In this document: positions 33,078 through 36,416 of the stretch, one piece after another | Numbering within the stretch: the stretch's first letter is position 1 | Layout: each line of letters begins with the position of its first letter | Source of the DNA: Macrostomum lignano | Taxonomy: Eukaryota | Assembly: GCA_002269645.1 (NCBI GenBank) | Contig: NIVC01001736.1 | Coordinates: 1 to 36,416, forward strand | DNA length: 36,416 nt | Direction: 5' to 3' | Program-made: the position numbers and the translations under genes | The notes under the pieces: generated by a model | Told to the model about the DNA's origin: nothing | Seen by the model: the letters and a program-made list of their open reading frames with translations, nothing else | The model's database searches: none

Positions 33078-33235
33078 TGATGAACTCCCTGACACCCCTA
33101 CTATGGCGACTGATAAACTCCCTGACACCCCTGCTATGGCTCCTGATCAACTCCCTGACACCCCTACTATGGCTCCTGATCAACTCCCTGACACCCCTAC
33201 TATGGCTCCTGATCAACTACCTGACACCCCTACTG
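33078..33235. repeat. Tandem repeat, 33-bp unit TGATCAACTCCCTGACACCCCTACTATGGCTCC, ~5 copies
   Basis: Period 33 (33078, 33111). Confidence 0.95.
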
Positions 33236-33429
33236 ACATCTAATCATGTAAAATCGACTTCCAAATTAATAAACACATTGTCTGCAGAATAATATCATGC
33301 CCATATATAATATTTAATAACGGTGTCTTGTGAGCTCAATAAACGCGGTGTGCAGTTTAACATCGGTTTGAAAAGTTCACAAACTTTTGAGATCGCATAC
33401 ATCCTCAGGGAGACACGCCCGGTTCTTCG

Positions 33430-33951
33430 GTGTGCTGCCCTCTTCCCCAGTCTCTCTGTGTGCTGCCCCTCTCCCCAGTCTCTCTGTGTGCTGCCCTCTT
33501 CCCCAGTCTCTCTGTGTGCTGCCCCTCTCCCCCAGTCTCTCTGTGTGCTGCCCCTCTCCCCAGTCTCTCTGTGTGCTGCCCCTCTCCCCCAGTCTCTCTG
33601 TGTGCTGCCCCTCTCCCCCAGTCTCTCTGTGGGCTGCCCCTCTCCCCCAGTCTCTCTGTGTGCTGCCCCTCTCCCCCAGTCTCTCTGTGTGCTGCCCCTC
33701 TCCCCAGTCTCTCTGTGTGCTGCCCCTCTCCCCCAGTCTCTCTGTGTGCTGCCCCTATCCCCCAGTCTCTCTGTGTGCTGCCCCTCTCCCCCAGTCTCTC
33801 TGTGGGCTGCCCCTCTCCCCCAGTCTCTCTGTGGGCTGCCCCTCTCCCCCAGTCTCTCTGTGTGCTGCCCCTCTCCCCCATTCTCTGTAGGCTGCCCCTC
33901 TCCCCCAGTCTCTCTGTGGGCTGCCCCTCTCCCCCAGTCTCTGTAGGCTGC
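33430..33951. repeat. Minisatellite, 28-29 bp unit CTCTCTGTG(T/G)GCTGCCCCTCTCCCC(C)AGT
   Basis: Visible tandem units. Confidence 0.97.
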
Positions 33952-34241
33952 CGCATTCATTCTATAAAGTCGTGCAAAATTGAGGATAATAAAAAATCCT
34001 GATTGCGTAATTGCTGTAGTATCTAAGGCACTAATTAAATTTCATAAATAGACAGTTTCGAATAATATATAAGAATACACTGAGCTACACAAGCCTACTC
34101 AGCAATAGCCAAAACTCCCAAACTCAGGCACAAAAGTTTAACAATGCCAATGGTGATTGGGTAGCCTGTGAAGAAACCACCAGAATTCAATTTGAGTGGC
34201 GTCACTCATTGTAGCATCAGGGGCGTAGCGGGGTGCAAAAA

Positions 34242-34331
34242 CACCAGGGGCGTCAGCACCAGAGGCGCCAGCACCAGAGGCGCCAGCACCAGAGGCCCCA
34301 GCACCAGAGGGGCCAGCACCAGAGGCGCCAG
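34242..34331. repeat. Tandem repeat, 15-bp unit CACCAGAGGCGCCAG, ~6 copies
   Basis: Visible. Confidence 0.93.
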
Positions 34332-34541
34332 AGACCTTTGTCCGCCGAATGGAGGGAAGAGACTGATCCTGTGTGGCATACTGATCAGCCAGCTTGATAA
34401 ACTAATGTGCAGCTGAGTCACCAATAATGGCATTGCTCAGCTTCTGCGCCAAGCTAAGAGTGGATAGTTTAGCAATTGCAAAATTCCAATATTTAAGTTT
34501 CGACTTTCCAAGTTCACATTGCAAAAATCGCAGGCCAATGA

Positions 34542-34544
<3 letters not shown>

Positions 34545-34592
<48 letters not shown>
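34545..34592. repeat. (CT)n microsatellite ending in TAG (acceptor-like)
   Basis: Visible. Confidence 0.95.
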
Positions 34593-34594
34593 AG

Positions 34595-34723
34595 AAGATG
34601 ACCGCATCCAGCGGCGACTTCTTCAGGCCGCGAGTCCAAAGCAGCTCAAGCAGCAGGATTAGCAGGCCGCAGGTGTACAGGCAGCCGTCACAATGTACGC
34701 TCCGGCGACTCCGTCCATTTTAA
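34595..34723 (+). CDS. Candidate terminal exon (KMTASSGDFFRPRVQSSSSSRISRPQVYRQPSQCTLRRLRPF*)
   Basis: GC-rich island directly after (CT)nTAG, with 42 open codons in phase 0, compatible with the candidate exon at 32788-32868. No recognised homology. Confidence 0.25.
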   Translation, partial: KMTASSGDFFRPRVQSSSSSRISRPQVYRQPSQCTLRRLRPF

Positions 34724-35500
34724 TGGGGTCCGCCTCGGCTGTGACGTCAGAAAACACGCATTCGGGATTCCTACGCGAAAGTACTTCAGGTTGAGTAAAT
34801 TTAGGATGCCAGATTCCTGGGACTTTTCCAGCCTGCGAGGTTTGGGGTAGGGAGATTTGATTGAGTATAGATCAGACTAGCAATCCTAATTATATTCCCA
34901 CTAAGTAACTCCTTCCTCGAGTCTTAGAGGACAAACGGATAGAGTGTTGTAGCTTTATCTAGAGCTCAGATTATTGTTAAACAAAATAAGCAATACGTAG
35001 CATAGACAATCATTTACGAAGACGAGAGCCAGACGAACTCAAAGGAACGGAGCGCTCCACAATGTCATAAACAGCTGAGTAGGACTCCAGCGAGGCAGGC
35101 TCAAGGCTCAGCAGAGACGTAAATCATGACAGATACGATGGCACGAAAAGGCCGCTATTAAATCAGGGCAGACAGAGATTGGGTCCAGACTTTTCATTTG
35201 CCCGAGCAATCATTGCTTGAGAGCTTGGGTGTGAATTAATGAGAAGGGCAAATCAGATTGGATGCGGTAAGTGAGTACGGAGAGTAAAGAGAACTTATGC
35301 GACTCAGTATGATGCCTCAATAACAGTGCCTTTTTTCCTTGATTGTATGATTGTATGAGCGATGTATGGTTAATTCAGCCGGAAACATGCTCAGAGACAA
35401 TCTGATAAGACCGCCAGTATGTCCTGATGATATCTTTATCGCCAAGCCAATCACTGACTCCCGTCGGATGGAAATGGATAGAACTTGGAATTCCTCGTCA

Positions 35501-35645
35501 CAGCCAATCAGTGACTGGAGAGGGACAGGAGTCGAACTTATTCGTCAGCCAATCAGCGACTGGAAGGGGACAGGAGTTGAACTTATTCGTCGGCCAATCA
35601 GCGACTGGAAGGGGACAGGAGTTGAATCTCTTCGTCAGCCAATCA
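35501..35645. repeat. 45-bp tandem repeat, each unit starting with a CCAAT box (C(A/G)GCCAATCAG)
   Basis: Units start at 35501, 35546, 35591 and 35636. Confidence 0.92.
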
Positions 35646-35684
35646 GCGCTAATCACCTAAAAGCCATTAGACTATACGCAGGAT

Positions 35685-35853
35685 GGCTGTGGGCACCCTG
35701 GCGCAACACCATCGTCCCACAACCAGCACTGAGAGCAATTCTGAGCACATACGAACTATACAAGCTCACACAGGGTGTACCACGGCCCTGACTTTCTAAT
35801 CGTCAGTCGTCAGTCGTGTACACTTGGGGGTTGGTCCTTCATATGTGTGAATC
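35685..35853 (-). repeat. Dispersed repeat family B, copy 4
   Basis: Reverse complement: GATTCACACATATGAAGGACCAACCCCCAAG...CTGACGATTAGAAAGTCAGGGCCGTGGTACACCCTG...GTGCTCAG...GCTGGTTGTGGGACG...GCGCCAGGGTGCCCACAGCC. Confidence 0.78.
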
Positions 35854-36147
35854 GGCTAAGTCAGACGCGTTTACAGAAAATTTCGCGTAAAATTTTCCAA
35901 ATGTACTTTTATTCCAATGCAGGCGGAGACTTACATAAAATCGAAGGCCCGACCGTAGAATGCGTCCTTAGGGTAGGCGAAGCTGAGAAAGTACGGACTG
36001 AACACTTCATCTGCTACATACAGCTCATTGCAATAGTTATTGTATAGTACGAGTTCACGTTCTGGTCAGTGATGCACACCTTGTAGGATCGGGGTCGTCA
36101 AGCAGCTGAAATGACGGAGGGCAGGTGCTATTATATTCTCGCCCTCA

Positions 36148-36416
36148 CTGTGAGTTCTCATATCTACCAGCTGAATCTCAGCTGTGAGAATTCTCATATC
36201 TAACAGCCCAATCTCAGCTGTGAGATTCTTATATCTACCAGCTCAATCTCAGCTGTGAGATTCTCATATACTTAACAGAGACTCAACATCTACCAGCTCA
36301 ATCTCAGCTGTGAGATTTCTCATATCTATCAGCTCAATCTCAGCTGTGAGATTCTCAGATCTAACAATCATCTCAGCTGTGAGATTCTCAATCTAACAGC
36401 TCAATCTCAGCTGTGA
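36148..36416. repeat. Degenerate ~35-bp tandem repeat built around AATCTCAGCTGTGAGATT; runs off the right edge
   Basis: Visible; the unit contains a 7-bp inverted repeat around a CAGCTG core. Confidence 0.9.

Noticed and set aside
34218-34229. CAGGGGCGTAGC as a hAT-like terminus before the 15-bp repeats
   Set aside because: No matching inverted end or TSD was found in the window.
1867-34433. The many ORFs in the track that run through tandem arrays (e.g. [33 protein letters not shown] repeats)
   Set aside because: They are by-products of stop-free repeat units, open in several frames on both strands, with no splice or homology support.

Overview
Eukaryotic (animal) genomic DNA with GC-rich exons separated by AT-richer introns and intergenic DNA. 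About a third of the window (rough hand sum, ~13 kb) is tandem repeat, in ~25 arrays with different units. This architecture plus a divergent rhodopsin-like GPCR is reminiscent of a free-living flatworm such as Macrostomum (inference, not verified). Four two-exon plus-strand genes can be assembled with in-phase GT-AG introns: FANK1 (7561-8074 + 12232-12731, 337 aa), a divergent AGC-like kinase (13980-14588 + 14796-15512, 441 aa), a predicted GPI-anchored Ly6/uPAR-type protein with a long N-terminal region (17689-18015 + 18845-19453, 311 aa) and a divergent 7TM GPCR (24458-25008 + 30915-31650, 428 aa). The left edge holds a frameshifted, intron-containing THAP/P-element transposase. Interspersed repeats include two tRNA-derived CORE-type SINEs (one with a 10-bp TSD), four copies of an unrecognised repeat with an internal inverted repeat, and a 660-bp hairpin-rich insertion in a 16-bp minisatellite. 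That insertion is the best candidate for an undescribed element. No clear novel multi-gene system is provable from the sequence alone.
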